64,000 bases of DNA from contig BAAIJX010000013.1 in the NCBI GenBank assembly GCA_054600435.1, positions 372,001-436,000 of the forward strand, given 5' to 3'. Origin of the DNA: Neophaeotheca triangularis. Its lineage: Eukaryota. The notes beneath the pieces were generated by a model. The model was not told the origin of the DNA. It did not search any database and worked only from the letters and a program-made list of their open reading frames with translations. How positions within the stretch are numbered: the stretch's first letter is position 1; every line of letters begins with the position of its first letter. Made by a program: the position numbers and the translations under genes. Shown piece by piece: positions 48,850 through 60,966 of this stretch.

Positions 48850-49713
48850 TGGCCGAGTATCTCTGCAGAAAATGCGAAGAGCTAATGCCTGGGGTTGTTG
48901 ATTCTCAGGGGCTAAGTATACGAATAACCGTAATGATATCTCTCAGCCGGAGTTTGTGGCTCAGCGGACCCGCAAGGCCTACGAAGTGCGTCGAGAGGCG
49001 AGAACCTTGTTAGTGTACTTGACATCGAAAGACGAAGATGATGGAAGGTAGGCGATGAAGGCGAGGTACTGCCGGGTAGGTCTGGACAAGCTGATCTTGG
49101 CACATGTCAGCGGAGAAAGATCGGCTGGAGATCGACGACCTGCAGGCGACTACACCTGTGCGTTGCTTTTACTTCAAACCTTCACATTTATTGTTGCTCC
49201 TAGGCTGTCCGTTCAATACCGTCTACCCAATCAATGCGGCGACTTTCTCCCGACCCAATGCCGCTGACAAGCAAAGCCGGTTCCGCATCCACTCCGTTTC
49301 CATCAAGGCATCGGGAGTCTTGCAGCAACTGTGACTTCTATACGCAAAGGCTTTGACAACAACTACTCGGCCAGGACACCTTTTGATCAACCGGCGACGC
49401 GAGAACTGGACGGCGCTTGAAGAGGCGAACTGGGACAACACAAGATATTAACCACCTGGTGATGACACCAGTGATCCACCACAGAGCTATATATCTTCCC
49501 CGCTCAGCTCGCTACGACCACGAGTCTACCACATCCTAGGGTACACTTAGTGCTCCGCCTCATCCTTCATCCTTAGAATGTCCACCATGTCTTCCCTGCC
49601 CCGCATCAGCAAACACAGCTCCAGAAGTCCCGCTTGCCCCGACATCCCAGTACAGTTAGCCTTCCCTAGCATCATCACCGCAGATGATGGCCTTCCCCTG
49701 CTGTGTCAGAGAC

Positions 49714-50031
49714 TTAGGAGATGGCGCGTGAAACGAAGAAAGAATTCGCATTATCGTCTGGAATCGTGAAGCAGATGTCCGTCGATGTCGTGTAGATCTG
49801 ATCTTGACAGTTGCTGTCGGAGTAAACGGTCATGGTCTGGCCAGCGGTGAAATCTGCCATGATCATAGATCGTGCCTGCTGCAACTCGGAGATGTCTTTG
49901 CAGTTTTGGAAAAATGGAATGTCGTATGAGTAGAGTCTCTCGCCGTGGCAACCTTCGGAAATGTAACCATCGACATTTACAGCGGCGGCAGCTTGCAGCA
50001 GTGTAGCTGCGATGGCGGCGGTAAAGAGCAT
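49714..50031 (-). CDS. Small secreted 4-Cys protein (105 aa), single beta/gamma-crystallin-like domain
   Basis: Signal MLFTAAIAATLLQAAAA; two Y-x4-C..S Greek-key-like halves; homologous to the N-terminus of the 51658 gene. Confidence 0.82.
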   Translation of the reverse strand: MLFTAAIAATLLQAAAAVNVDGYISEGCHGERLYSYDIPFFQNCKDISELQQARSMIMADFTAGQTMTVYSDSNCQDQIYTTSTDICFTIPDDNANSFFVSRAIS

Positions 50032-51657
50032 CGTTGTGGGTTTGGGCGAAGACTGAAAGATGTTGGAAAAGTGGTAGTTTGCTGTGTTTCCAAGTCGGTG
50101 GATGGAGCTTAGGGTCGTGGTGAGCGTGGTGGTACTGCGTTTCGAAGACATCAATCTTATAATGCAGTAACTCGCGGGATCAGCCAAGGACCAGCAAGCT
50201 ATGAAAGGAGTACATACGTCCGCGGAGAAGATTGAAGGAGTATTGATCCACTCCACCGCTGCGACCTGCGACACAAGCAACTGTACGCCGTTTAAGACGT
50301 CGTGATGAACTTAAATCACCCGCATCCCCCGGGCAAACGAGGAATGCAATTAACACTGCTATGGAACAGCGTGGAGCATGGCTGCATGAATGGCACCCTG
50401 TTAAACAAGGGTTGCTGTCGATCCATCCGCTCAAGTCGAATATGGGGCTTTCCTGCACGTGCTTAACATCATGCTGAGCTATCAGACCTCAGAGACGACA
50501 AATTATACGTCGTGCCAACGCAGATGCAAGCATCTTAAGGCAGGCGCTTGGTGAAGCTTATACAGAATCTATCGAAGCCACGAGGAAGGATTCTTAGTTT
50601 ACAATCAGAGTTATGCCCCTCCCACGTCCCCGAAACAAAGTGGTGGGGTTGACGGGGCATGTCAATGGAAGTAGACTTTTTGCTAAGCCCATTCTGGGCT
50701 AACGCTTAACACCACGACGTGAGGATTCATCAATACTCCCGAGTCCTTCGTCGACTTGCGTGCAGCTCGCGTAAAAGCGATCACATTATTCCATTGCAGT
50801 AGCGGTCGACTAGCTAAATCCAACCAGATAGTTCGATCTTCGCCGTCACGAGAAGGGAGGCGTATGACTTGATAGCACGTCTTGGTTGAATTTTTACTAC
50901 TGCAACTCCTACGAGACTATTACGTCCATCGTCGGTCAACGACTCTCATGCCTTGTACTCCTTTCTTTTGTCCAACGGAGCGGAATGCAACATGGCTCCG
51001 GCTCTGATTAAGCACATTTACAGCAATACCCATACCGCAAATGCGTCGAATCGTTAGGAGCCTCACTTTGCGGTAGCCAGACTAGCACTCGGCCTGCTTT
51101 GTCACTTCAAACCAGGCTCTCAACTTCCACTGGCCTCAACATTATGGTCGACTCGAGACCACCAGTATCACCACGTGCAGGACCTACTCCAAACGTTAAG
51201 ATGCCCGTGGTACTCTCGTTTCAATTCTAATGGTAAAGCTCCACTGTTTTCTCCGTCGACTTGATGGTGGTGAACTCTCAAGGGCAACCGACATATCGCT
51301 TTGGCCAATAGCCTCGCCTCATCCAGTCGGCAAACAATGCTGCTTATAATCAGGTCTGAATACTGACTTGATGATCTTGCCCTTTCCAAGATTATGTTGG
51401 AGCTGTGGGAGGATGCAGATGCAGTATTGGCCTGTTCGAACCTTACGTTAGGATTCCGCTTTTTCCGCTCTTCGGTTTCGATCATCAATACACAGGCGGC
51501 GGGTGAGACCAAAACTATTAAAGGAGACGTCGAGCCTCAAAGAAATTACGACTCTTCACGCATACTCAGATCATTGTCTCGCAAAGGCAAACCCGGCCTC
51601 AGCAAAGCTCCAACGTACCAAGCATATTGTCGCATTCCCCATTGCCAACCTCTCAAG

Positions 51658-53001
51658 ATGGCAGTATCATGGCGCTCTCTAGCGGTCTTGTTTTTGCCTG
51701 TCGCCAGCTGCGTTAATGTCACCTTCTACGATGGCAACAATTGCTCCGGCTATCGTCTATATGGCGGTTCAATCGACAAAGCATTGCCTTGCTACGATCT
51801 TTCCGACTATGCAGTCTCGAACTCCAGCTCTCTCGAGAACCTTGCACCCGGCCAGGTGGTACACTTTTACTCCGACGCAGCGTGCGAGAATGAGGTTTAC
51901 AAGGCCGAGCAGGAGGTCTGCCACGTTCACACCCGTTTCGACGTAGCATCGTTCAAGATCGCCATGTCCGAGCCCACCGGCCCAGAGGCTGATGGTAGAA
52001 TCGCTGTAACGACTACCGACCTTGCCGTCTACAAGATGGACACCTACGAGGGCGAAGGGACCGTGGCACCTGTTGTGCGCATCCCTTTGTCCACTTACTT
52101 TTTTGCTTACTACGGGCTTGAAGTCCTGACGGGTGCGGTCACTCTGTACAGTGTTGCTTCCACTTGCTACGGAGCCAGATTTGGAGACCCAAAGTCCATC
52201 TTCGACTGCATCGTCTCCCCCGTCTCCACAGTCCTGGCCTACTTTCTCGGCAAAAGGTTACAAAACAACATCCAGGTCCAAACTCGCGGCCGCCTGGACG
52301 CAGCGCAAGGCACCGTCACCAACGTCAAGCGAGGCCTTTTAGAAGAAGCCGCAGACCACGAATACCTCACGGCCTTCCTCAATGGCACCGACACTACGCC
52401 CCGGCACGTAGGCTACACGACCCACGACCTCGGCAACGGCGAGCAAACGTCCCCCGTCTACGAATTCGCCAACCTCGGCACCGGCGAGCCCATGCACATG
52501 GCCGCTTTCTGGCACGCCGGCAGCGAAAGCTACGTGCACCGCATGTACCACCCGCACGCGGCCGAGGCGGAGGAGGCTGCGAAGGACGAGCTCAGCAAAC
52601 GCCAGGGCCCCGGGTACCTCTCGCTCCGCTACAACAGCGGCGGGCTGGAATTCCAGGCTTGCAACTACAACACCGCGGCCGACCGGAGCGTGTTCCAGGG
52701 CCTCGGCATCAACGACCACTACAGCAAGATCTACGAGGATTTGACGTGCCTGTTCGATCCCACGAGCTACCAGGACGATGCCGGCTTCTATTTTGACGTG
52801 TAAGTCTTCTACTTGTTCCCTTCGTGTGGGAACTTTGTCGTCATGGCGCCGGTTACTGACGTGCTTATCCCTCGCAGTTACAATGGCCAACGCAACGTCG
52901 TGTCCGGGATCAAGATAAGGGCTTTCGATGACAACAGGGGCGGTATCGCGAACCTCAACTGCGATTTTCCTACGTCGCAGAACCAGCAATGTCTCAACTG
53001 A
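51658..53001 (+). CDS. Secreted Kex2-processed preproprotein (421 aa), putative K1-like killer toxin with N-terminal crystallin-like domain
   Basis: Signal peptide, 4-Cys domain, hydrophobic hairpin around CYGARFGDPKSIFDC, KR sites at 52327 and 52597, Cys-containing C-terminal chain. Intron 52800-52877. Confidence 0.75.
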
Positions 53002-53526
53002 GAAGTGGCACGGTAGGAGAGGTTATAGCTCGGGGTGGATTGGAAAACTTGTCTTGCGGGTGTATTGAGTGCTCCATTGCGAGTAACCATGCCGTTTGCC
53101 GTTGGAAAAGAGGTTTCTAGATCGTGTTAACGCCCTACAAGCCAGAATCTTTGCTGTAGGATTTAGGTTACCCCTTTCGTGGAGGGTCGGCCGATTGGTA
53201 AGGGGACACAATGATGTGTGTTCACAACGTACGGTCTGCATCTACGAGCTTGTTAGAGCAAAAGAGAAGAGTTAGGATTGGTATTCCTCCCATCCAGTAT
53301 TGGAGCATTCCTACCCTATCATGTGCCTTTCGCAGTGAAGTTTAAAATATGTACGTGCGTGATGTTACTAGAAAACAGCGAACGCGCCGCGAGGGTATCT
53401 ATGCCACAAACACCGAGCAAACCACTTTCTAGCGACCCCATCATTCATCAAGTCATAAACACACACCAACCCCGTACACCACAAACCTCTTCTCCCCCAA
53501 CAATTGCGACAGCCGTCTCCACCCTC

Positions 53527-55197
53527 TCAATCCCACCTCAAAACCTCCGCCCCAACCACACCTATCCCCCTGCCTCTACTCCCACCACTACTCCCACCAC
53601 TCCCCATTCCGCCCTTCACAGCCACTCCCACAGCCCCCCTGGGCCCCTGGCAAATCCCACACCTCCCGGCATCCCCGGGGTTCACGTAGCCCGTGCCCTT
53701 GCAAGTCTCGCTGCCGCAGCGCCAGGAGCCACGCACGAGAGAAGGTTTGAGCACGTGCGAGCAGGCGAGGCATAATGTGCTTTCGGCAGCGTTTTCGAGG
53801 GAGCAGATTGGGCAGGAGCTTGGTGCGGGGTTGTTGTTGGAGGTGGATTCTGATGGTTGAGCTGATTGAGGGGTGGGAGTTGTGGTGGGGTTGTTAGTGG
53901 CGGGAGGGGCGGGGATTTTTTTGGGAAAATTGGAAATGGCTGGGTTCGGTTCGTTGGTGCTCGGGGGTTGTTTTGGAGATTCTGGTTCGCTTTCCGTTTC
54001 GGAACCATCTACTGGAGTTATGTGGAAGGGTTTAGAGGGCGGTGGTTCGATCGCGTTGGCTGTAGGCTTGGTGGGCGGTGGAAGGTTGGAGGCTCCGGTG
54101 GAGTCGTCTTCGCTCTCGGTCTCGGAGTCGTCTAAGGTCACGAATCTATCGTTGTCTTGTTTTCTGGCTCCTTCCGTGTTTCCAGCTTTGTTTGATGTAG
54201 GTTGCGACTTCTTTCCAGCACTGAGCGCTCGAAGTTCGTCCATTTCATCCTGACCGCCTTCGCTCTCTTCTTCATCGCCACACACTCTCACCATGTCGTG
54301 ACCCTTGCCATCGACGACCTTTTTGCCGTTGCCTCCAACGCTAGGACCATCGTCAGAACCAGACCACTCCGTCTCGCTCCCATCGTCTTCGTCAAGCTCA
54401 GGCGTATGTTCTGGCGTAGCTTGTTTCGCAGCATCAAATCTCGCGAGAGCCGCAGCCGCTCTCAATTCTCTCCCCCGCTTACTTTGAGCCACCCTAGGCT
54501 TCCCAGCATGATTCTTCTTCTCCAACCCACCCCTCACGAGCTCGTCATCCCCTAGCGCATTCCCACCTCCATGCTTCCCAAACTTCCTCTGAATTCTCTT
54601 CTGCTGCCTCTCAGCATACGTCTCCTTGGCCCTCTCCCTCTTAGCCCCCTCCCCCCTCTTCCTCTTCCTCCCCCTAGCCCTCCGATAAGTCCCCCCGCAC
54701 AAATGCTCCGGCACATCCTCACCCTGGGGCACACGGTCATGCTCGAACCTGCCAGAACCCAAGCCCTTCCCCCGCCCCCACAAACCCTCACCTACATACT
54801 TGCGCTTCCACAACCACTGCATCTCCTCGGCATACGCATTCCTGACCTTCCAGAAACCCCTGCCATGGTTCATCTCTTTGCAATGCGCGAGCTCATGCAT
54901 CATAACCATTTGCACGAATTTGAAACTCAGCCAGCGGCCTTGCTTGTCTTTCAGGACGAGCTGGATGACTTCCCCCGCGTTGAAGTTGCGGCCGAGGAAT
55001 TCCGGGTTCGGGGCGTATTCTTCTAACGACATGAGGGAGATGTAGTTTTTCTGCATTATCGGGAAGCATTGGGCGGCGATGCGGGAGAGAAAGTCTTGGG
55101 AGGTGGCGCTGTCGGGGCCGGGGAGCGGTTTGATGAAGTTGATGTTGGAGTTGGGTCGTTGGGTGCGCTCGTTTAGGCGCTCGAAGCCGAGGGGCAT
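53527..55197 (-). CDS. WLM-domain zinc metalloprotease (Wss1 family) with C-terminal Zn fingers
   Basis: LEEYAPNPEFLGRNFNAGEVIQL, MMHELAHCKEMNH (HEXXH), CPICSLEN..CLAC and WRC..C..N..CGIC. Confidence 0.88.
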   Translation of the reverse strand: MPLGFERLNERTQRPNSNINFIKPLPGPDSATSQDFLSRIAAQCFPIMQKNYISLMSLEEYAPNPEFLGRNFNAGEVIQLVLKDKQGRWLSFKFVQMVMMHELAHCKEMNHGRGFWKVRNAYAEEMQWLWKRKYVGEGLWGRGKGLGSGRFEHDRVPQGEDVPEHLCGGTYRRARGRKRKRGEGAKRERAKETYAERQQKRIQRKFGKHGGGNALGDDELVRGGLEKKNHAGKPRVAQSKRGRELRAAAALARFDAAKQATPEHTPELDEDDGSETEWSGSDDGPSVGGNGKKVVDGKGHDMVRVCGDEEESEGGQDEMDELRALSAGKKSQPTSNKAGNTEGARKQDNDRFVTLDDSETESEDDSTGASNLPPPTKPTANAIEPPPSKPFHITPVDGSETESEPESPKQPPSTNEPNPAISNFPKKIPAPPATNNPTTTPTPQSAQPSESTSNNNPAPSSCPICSLENAAESTLCLACSHVLKPSLVRGSWRCGSETCKGTGYVNPGDAGRCGICQGPRGAVGVAVKGGMGSGGSSGGSRGRGIGVVGAEVLRWD

Positions 55198-55611
55198 GGT
55201 GGCGGCTGAAAAAGGCGCTGGTGGGCTGGGGATTACGGATGTGCGGTGTTTGGACTACCCATTATCGGTCTCTACGGATGAAGGAGGCGATTTGGTCAGG
55301 ATGAGTGATGATGAGGTCGAAGATATCTACTCTTTCCTAATCGAGCGACGCGACGCGACGCGCTAAGAGTGACGTCGGGAGTTCCGAGCTAGGTAAGGTA
55401 CCTACCTAGGTACCTACCTAGGGTTTTACCAGGCCGGGGCGAGCATTATCATTAGATGCTGACCTCGGGGTGCCCTGAAAGTGGCACTTCCACCACTTCC
55501 AAGAACCCCGACACGACTGGTCCAAGACAGTGTCTGTCCTATACGTGATATCAACAATTATCCGGCTGTGTTTCTGTGTAGATTGTTACTGTTATCAGTA
55601 TTGAAGTAATC

Positions 55612-56890
55612 ATGGCAGAGAAAGGTTCTGCTTTTGACACTCCATGGTTCAACAGTCAGGACAAGAGCTTCTTCAACTCGTTGAACAAGACCAAGATTCC
55701 CCATGTCATCCTCACCGCTGAGACCGAAGACTTCGCCGACGAGGTAACACAGCAATGGATCACCGAAGGCTTTCACACTCAATATGTCGCCTTGCTCAAC
55801 GGCGGTAGTGATTACATCAAGCGTGTTCATGCAGTGGGCGAAAGCTTCGGGCCTAGCGAGCAATATGCCATCGTAGGTAAACGAGACGACTCATCCCCAA
55901 CCACAAGCTCGCAATCAAACTAATACCTCGCCAGCCTTCGGTGACGCTGCCACCTTGATCCTCCAATCCCACACCAAACCCAACAATCCCAAACTGTGCG
56001 CAATAGTAGCCTACTACCCCTCCGCCATCCCCGACCCGCACAAGACGCACTACCCACCCTCAGTGCAAGTGCTCGTTCACCTAGCTGGCACGGAAATCGA
56101 CGTCCACCGCAACCCAGAAGTCCTGGGGATTCAAGGCAAGACCAAGACGGTGCGCAAACGCGTGGGCGGCGGCGCCGGTCTCAGCGGCACCATCAATCTC
56201 AGCTTCAAGACTTACGCTTACCAAGGCTGCGAATCTGGGTTCGCCGAGCACGATCTGGACGAGTTCAATGCCGTCGCTGAGAGCTTGGCTTTCGGGCGGA
56301 GTTTGCAGACGGTGAGGAAAGGGTTTCGGCTGGAAGCTGCCGATGGGATCGAGGCGGTTAGAGACCGTCTAGTGGATAGCACGGCTTCGAGGGACGTGAA
56401 GACGAGCGTCAAGTCTTTGCATGAGTTTGCTCACGTGGTGAATGGGCCTGTTTTGACTGGGGGTGTGGGTGCGCAGCAGTTGCAGCGGTTTTATGCCGAG
56501 TTTTTTGCTCCGCTGCCGCCGACGTATACTGTGCAGCTGCTCAGTAGGACTGTGGGCACGGATAGGGTGGTTGATGAGATGTTTGTGAATTTCACGCATT
56601 CGCAGCCAATTCAGTGGATGCTACCGGGGGTTCCGGCGACGAATCGCAGGGTCGAGGTGATTGTAGTGAGCATTGTCTGTGTGGGGGGAGGCAAATTGGA
56701 GAGCGAGCATGTTTACTGGGATCAGGCGAGTGTGCTTGTGCAGGTTGGGCTGTTGGATCCGAAGCTTGCCGTACCAGAGGCGATGAAAGGCAAGGGCGTT
56801 AATGCTCTACCTGTGCAGGGAGCGGAGGCGGCACGGGCAGTGAAGAGGGGTAGCAGTAAGATGTTGAACAAGAACATGCCTGGGTGGTGA
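55612..56890 (+). CDS. Dienelactone-hydrolase-like / SnoaL(NTF2)-like fusion protein
   Basis: YAIV|AFGDAA, AIVAYYP, GFAEHDL, SRTVGTDRVVDE..FTHSQ..WMLPGVPAT..EHVYWDQASVLVQVGLL. Intron 55877-55934. Confidence 0.82.
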
Positions 56891-57621
56891 GCATGGAAAG
56901 GGCTGCTGCATCCAACTGCATCAGAAAGCCATGTCGGAGCGGACGTCCATACCTAGGGGGTAGCTTGCTTGAATGGATGGAAGCCATCTAAAACCACATG
57001 TCCGCACTACCCGTTGAAGTACTTCGGGAACCTTCAAGATGAAGCTCAATGTTGGCTTCGCTCTGAAACGAAACATGGCGTTTTCCCTTCCCTTCTTGAC
57101 ATTATTATTCTCGTTGTACACACGTTCGAGACTCCGTCAGACGTCTCGATACGCGTTGAAGAGACTCGACTGGACTCGACGACATGTGACATCCGCAATG
57201 TATCCTTTCGAACCTACATTCCCTATTTGGCCTCTTGACCCCCGAGGCCGCAGACTCCCGCATTGCACGCAAAAGGTTATACGTTAAAGCTCTCCGAAAA
57301 GGTATCTGACATCCCCGGACTGCTCACTGGCCCCTCACTGGCCCTCCCCGGCATCGGGCAGTTTAGGGTTGTCGGGGTACATATAGATATAGGAGGACCC
57401 TGTTGCGCCCGATGCTTGGATCGAAGCAAGGTGGGGGCCATCTCGACATTTTTGGGCACCGAGTCATTAATAAGGTCGGTCGGGTACTTGGGTTGTTACT
57501 TTTTCCTGCTTGCTCGATAAATACAGTCCACCTTCACTTCCTTTTCCTACCCTTTCCAAACACATACCAACTCTCTTTCACACACACACACACATTCCTA
57601 CACACAACGATAATCGACACC

Positions 57622-59106
57622 ATGGCCACCAACGGAGACGTTCAGACCAACGGGGTCAACGGTGTCAATGGCACCCACCCCTCCTCCACCTATGCCCTCG
57701 GCCAATCACACCAAGACCTCATGGAGAAGAGCCTGGTAGACACAGACCCGGAGATTGCTGAGATCATGCGCAAAGAGGTGAAGCGTCAACGCGAATCCAT
57801 CCTCCTCATCGCCTCCGAGAACGTTACCTCCAGGGCTGTTTTCGACGCTCTAGGCTCGCCCATGAGCAACAAATACAGTGAGGGATACCCTGGCGCCAGA
57901 TACTACGGCGGTAACGAGCACATCGACGAGATCGAAATCACATGCCAGCAAAGAGCATTGCAGACTTTCGGTCTCGACAGCGAGAGATGGGGTGTCAACG
58001 TCCAATGCTTGTCAGGGTCGCCTGCCAACCTCCAAGTTTACCAAGCCATTATGCGTCCCCACGAGCGCATCATGGGTCTCGACTTGCCTCACGGTGGTCA
58101 CTTGTCCCACGGCTACCAAACCCCGACCAAGAAAATCAGCGCCGTCAGCACCTACTTCGAAACCTTCCCCTACCGCGTAAACCTCGAAACCGGCCTGATC
58201 GACTACGACCAGCTCGAGCAAAACGCCATGATGTACCGCCCCAAAGTCATCGTCGCTGGTACCTCTGCCTACTGCCGCACCATCGACTACGCGCGCATGC
58301 GCGAGATCGCAGACAAGGTCGGCTGCTACCTCATGGTAGACATGGCCCACATCTCCGGCCTGGTCGCCGCGCGCGTCAACGCCAACCCCTTCGAACACGC
58401 CGACATCGTCACAACCACGACGCACAAATCCCTCCGCGGCCCCCGCGGCGCCATGATCTTCTTCCGCCGCGGCGTCCGCAAGACGGAAATGAAAGCCGGC
58501 AAAGAAGTGCAAACCCTCTACGATCTTGAAGGCCCTATTAACTTCTCCGTCTTCCCGGGCCACCAAGGCGGCCCTCACAACCACACCATCACCGCGCTCG
58601 CCGTCGCTCTCAAGCAAGCCCAGAGCAAAGACTTCCTTGCTTACCAAGAGCAAGTCATCAAAAACGCCAAACAGCTCGAACACAGCTTCAAATCGCGCGG
58701 TTACAAGCTCGTCACCGACGGCACCGACAACCACATGGTGCTTCTCGACCTCAAGCCCCTCTCCCTCGACGGCGCTCGTGTCGAAGCCGTTCTCGAGCAA
58801 GTCAACATCGCTTGCAACAAGAACACCACCCCCGGCGACAAGTCGGCGCTCACACCTTGCGGTATCCGTATCGGCGCGCCCGCTATGACGAGCAGAGGCA
58901 TGGGCGAGCAGGATTTCGACCGCATCGTCGGGTACATTGACCGCTGCATCCAGCTCGTCAAGAGCATCCAGGCGGACCTCCCCAAGGAGGCCAACAAGCA
59001 GAAGGATTTCAAGGCCAAGGTCGCCGGTGGCGGTGGTATCAAGGAGATTGCTCAGCTCAAGAGCGAGATTGCCGAGTGGGCTGTCACTTTCCCTCTGCCG
59101 GTCTAA
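57622..59106 (+). CDS. SHM2: Serine hydroxymethyltransferase, cytosolic type
   Basis: [44 protein letters not shown] (PLP Lys), QGGPHNH. No mitochondrial presequence evident. Confidence 0.95.
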   Translation: MATNGDVQTNGVNGVNGTHPSSTYALGQSHQDLMEKSLVDTDPEIAEIMRKEVKRQRESILLIASENVTSRAVFDALGSPMSNKYSEGYPGARYYGGNEHIDEIEITCQQRALQTFGLDSERWGVNVQCLSGSPANLQVYQAIMRPHERIMGLDLPHGGHLSHGYQTPTKKISAVSTYFETFPYRVNLETGLIDYDQLEQNAMMYRPKVIVAGTSAYCRTIDYARMREIADKVGCYLMVDMAHISGLVAARVNANPFEHADIVTTTTHKSLRGPRGAMIFFRRGVRKTEMKAGKEVQTLYDLEGPINFSVFPGHQGGPHNHTITALAVALKQAQSKDFLAYQEQVIKNAKQLEHSFKSRGYKLVTDGTDNHMVLLDLKPLSLDGARVEAVLEQVNIACNKNTTPGDKSALTPCGIRIGAPAMTSRGMGEQDFDRIVGYIDRCIQLVKSIQADLPKEANKQKDFKAKVAGGGGIKEIAQLKSEIAEWAVTFPLPV

Positions 59107-60966
59107 GAGTTGGATATGGCTAGGGTGATGGCGTTTCTTTTTTTTAAAAATGGCTCGGGGAGCATGTGATACGTATGACGGCTTGTTCAACAATGGCAGC
59201 GTTGGTGTTATTTCTTTTTTGTCTCTTGGGTTTTCCACGATGAGCTAAATGCTATGCTGGGCTTCAACCTGCCTGCTAGAGAAGGACGGGGTTTTCCTTC
59301 CGACTACTATCTACTCTTCAGAACGAAAGGGGCAGAATCCCTGTCTCTGAAATAGAATCGACTATTGCTCTCGCTGATCGCGAGGACTTTGGAACTATAA
59401 CTTCCAAGTTTCTTTCCGATTCCCTTTCATTCTTCGGTCCTTACCCTGTTGCTTTCAACCACCCCCCTTCGCCCCCGTAGCCACGGACGCGCAGGCTCTA
59501 AATAACAGTACGCAGTAAGTCGGTGCTCTTTCGTGCTCTGATTAGCAAAACTCATTCAAGTGGTATAGATACCGGCGAGCTTCACGTGTCTGCAAGACTC
59601 GAGGGACCGTCCATATAGGTTCGGTTTCCGAGGTGCTCAGGGGCAGCAGTCGGTCAACAGCGTTGGATGGCTAGCTGTGCGTTTTTCTTTTCCCCCAGAT
59701 GTCGGCGCAGAGCAGGGCTTTTTACAGTGGCCCTGCTGCTGCCAGCTCATCAACTGTCGCAAAGAGAACCATCTAGGAGCGAGTGCCCCAAAGAGTTTCC
59801 TCCAGACATCACCATACTGCAAACCGCCCACTTTCCAACGCCCCAAGAGCACCGCCACCCCCAAGTCTACCAAGCTGGCAGTAATCCACAAGGTCCCTCC
59901 CAACACCAAGGTCGTATTATTATCCCACGGCCCACTGTCGAGCCGCTGCAAGCTCCGAGCCGCAGTATTCAAAGCGCTTCTCCGCGACCCGCAGACCCGG
60001 ACACTGCGGTTCCACACACGTCTGTCTCCCACGTGGATGACAGCGCGAGGTCATTCATTCGCGCGTAAGAGCTTGTTGAGGGACTCGACGGAAGCTACTA
60101 CCGCAACTGCCGGTGCTGCGGTGGGCGAGATCAAGCCAGTGGTCGTGTGGACACCACACTATACACCGGCGACGCGATTGAGGGCCAGAAGCGCCCCGTC
60201 GTACGTATTCAGTGTAGAGGATGCTTTTTTTTTTTTTTTCTGAGAAGGGACGCGCCGAGAGACTCGCTTTTCAACGCTCGGGTATGATGCATGTCCGCTA
60301 TGGGGCTGAGACGAAAGCATGTCGCTCTCTTATTCGGTGTCTTCCTGGTACGGTCAAAGGGGCTCGAGACTTAAGGGTCTGATTCGATAACAATGGCTTC
60401 CATTGAGTCGCTGTTTGAAGAATCTTTGACGTCGCTAGGAGGCCATGGCCTTGATATGGGTCTCAGCGCTGTGTGAGACGATGTTGCTAGGAGGACTGAC
60501 TCCGATAGTACAGACCAAGATGGTGCCGCGAAAGCCTGGGAGTGGGCAGCCGGAGACGATCAAGGCGCTTCCCGGCGGCGCGAGATACATGGGGTTTTAG
60601 TGCACCTTGAAACCCTCGACTGCCGAGACATGCGATTCTGCGACAAGGATCGGACGAGTCCGGGGGAACTGCCAGGCGAGCGCTGGAGGATGAGGGAGCT
60701 CAATAGAATCCTTGTCAGCTTGTTAGCGCTTGGGACCCACTGTTCCGGAAATTCCAGGTCAAATGCTGCAGTACGCAATAAAAAGCCGACGATGAGACTC
60801 TCACCGGCTCTTCAGGAACGTCAAAGCAGCAACACCATCCTCGCGAGACCAAGAGGACTAGATGGCACCGAAAAGACACAAACTCCAGAAATCTATTAAT
60901 CTCACTCTCACTCTCACCCAAATCCCAACCCCAAAACCAACCTCAGCCACCCCGACGACACCCCCC

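Noticed and set aside
58012..59238. 408-aa antisense ORF over SHMT (likewise 7322-8377, 18750-19769 and 52339-52989)
   Set aside because: Shadow ORFs produced by the strong codon bias of the real genes on the opposite strand.
59600..60300. Overlapping 130-190-aa ORFs and a poly-T run at ~60225-60239
   Set aside because: No convincing start, family motif or codon bias, and no target-site duplication to support a retro-insertion.
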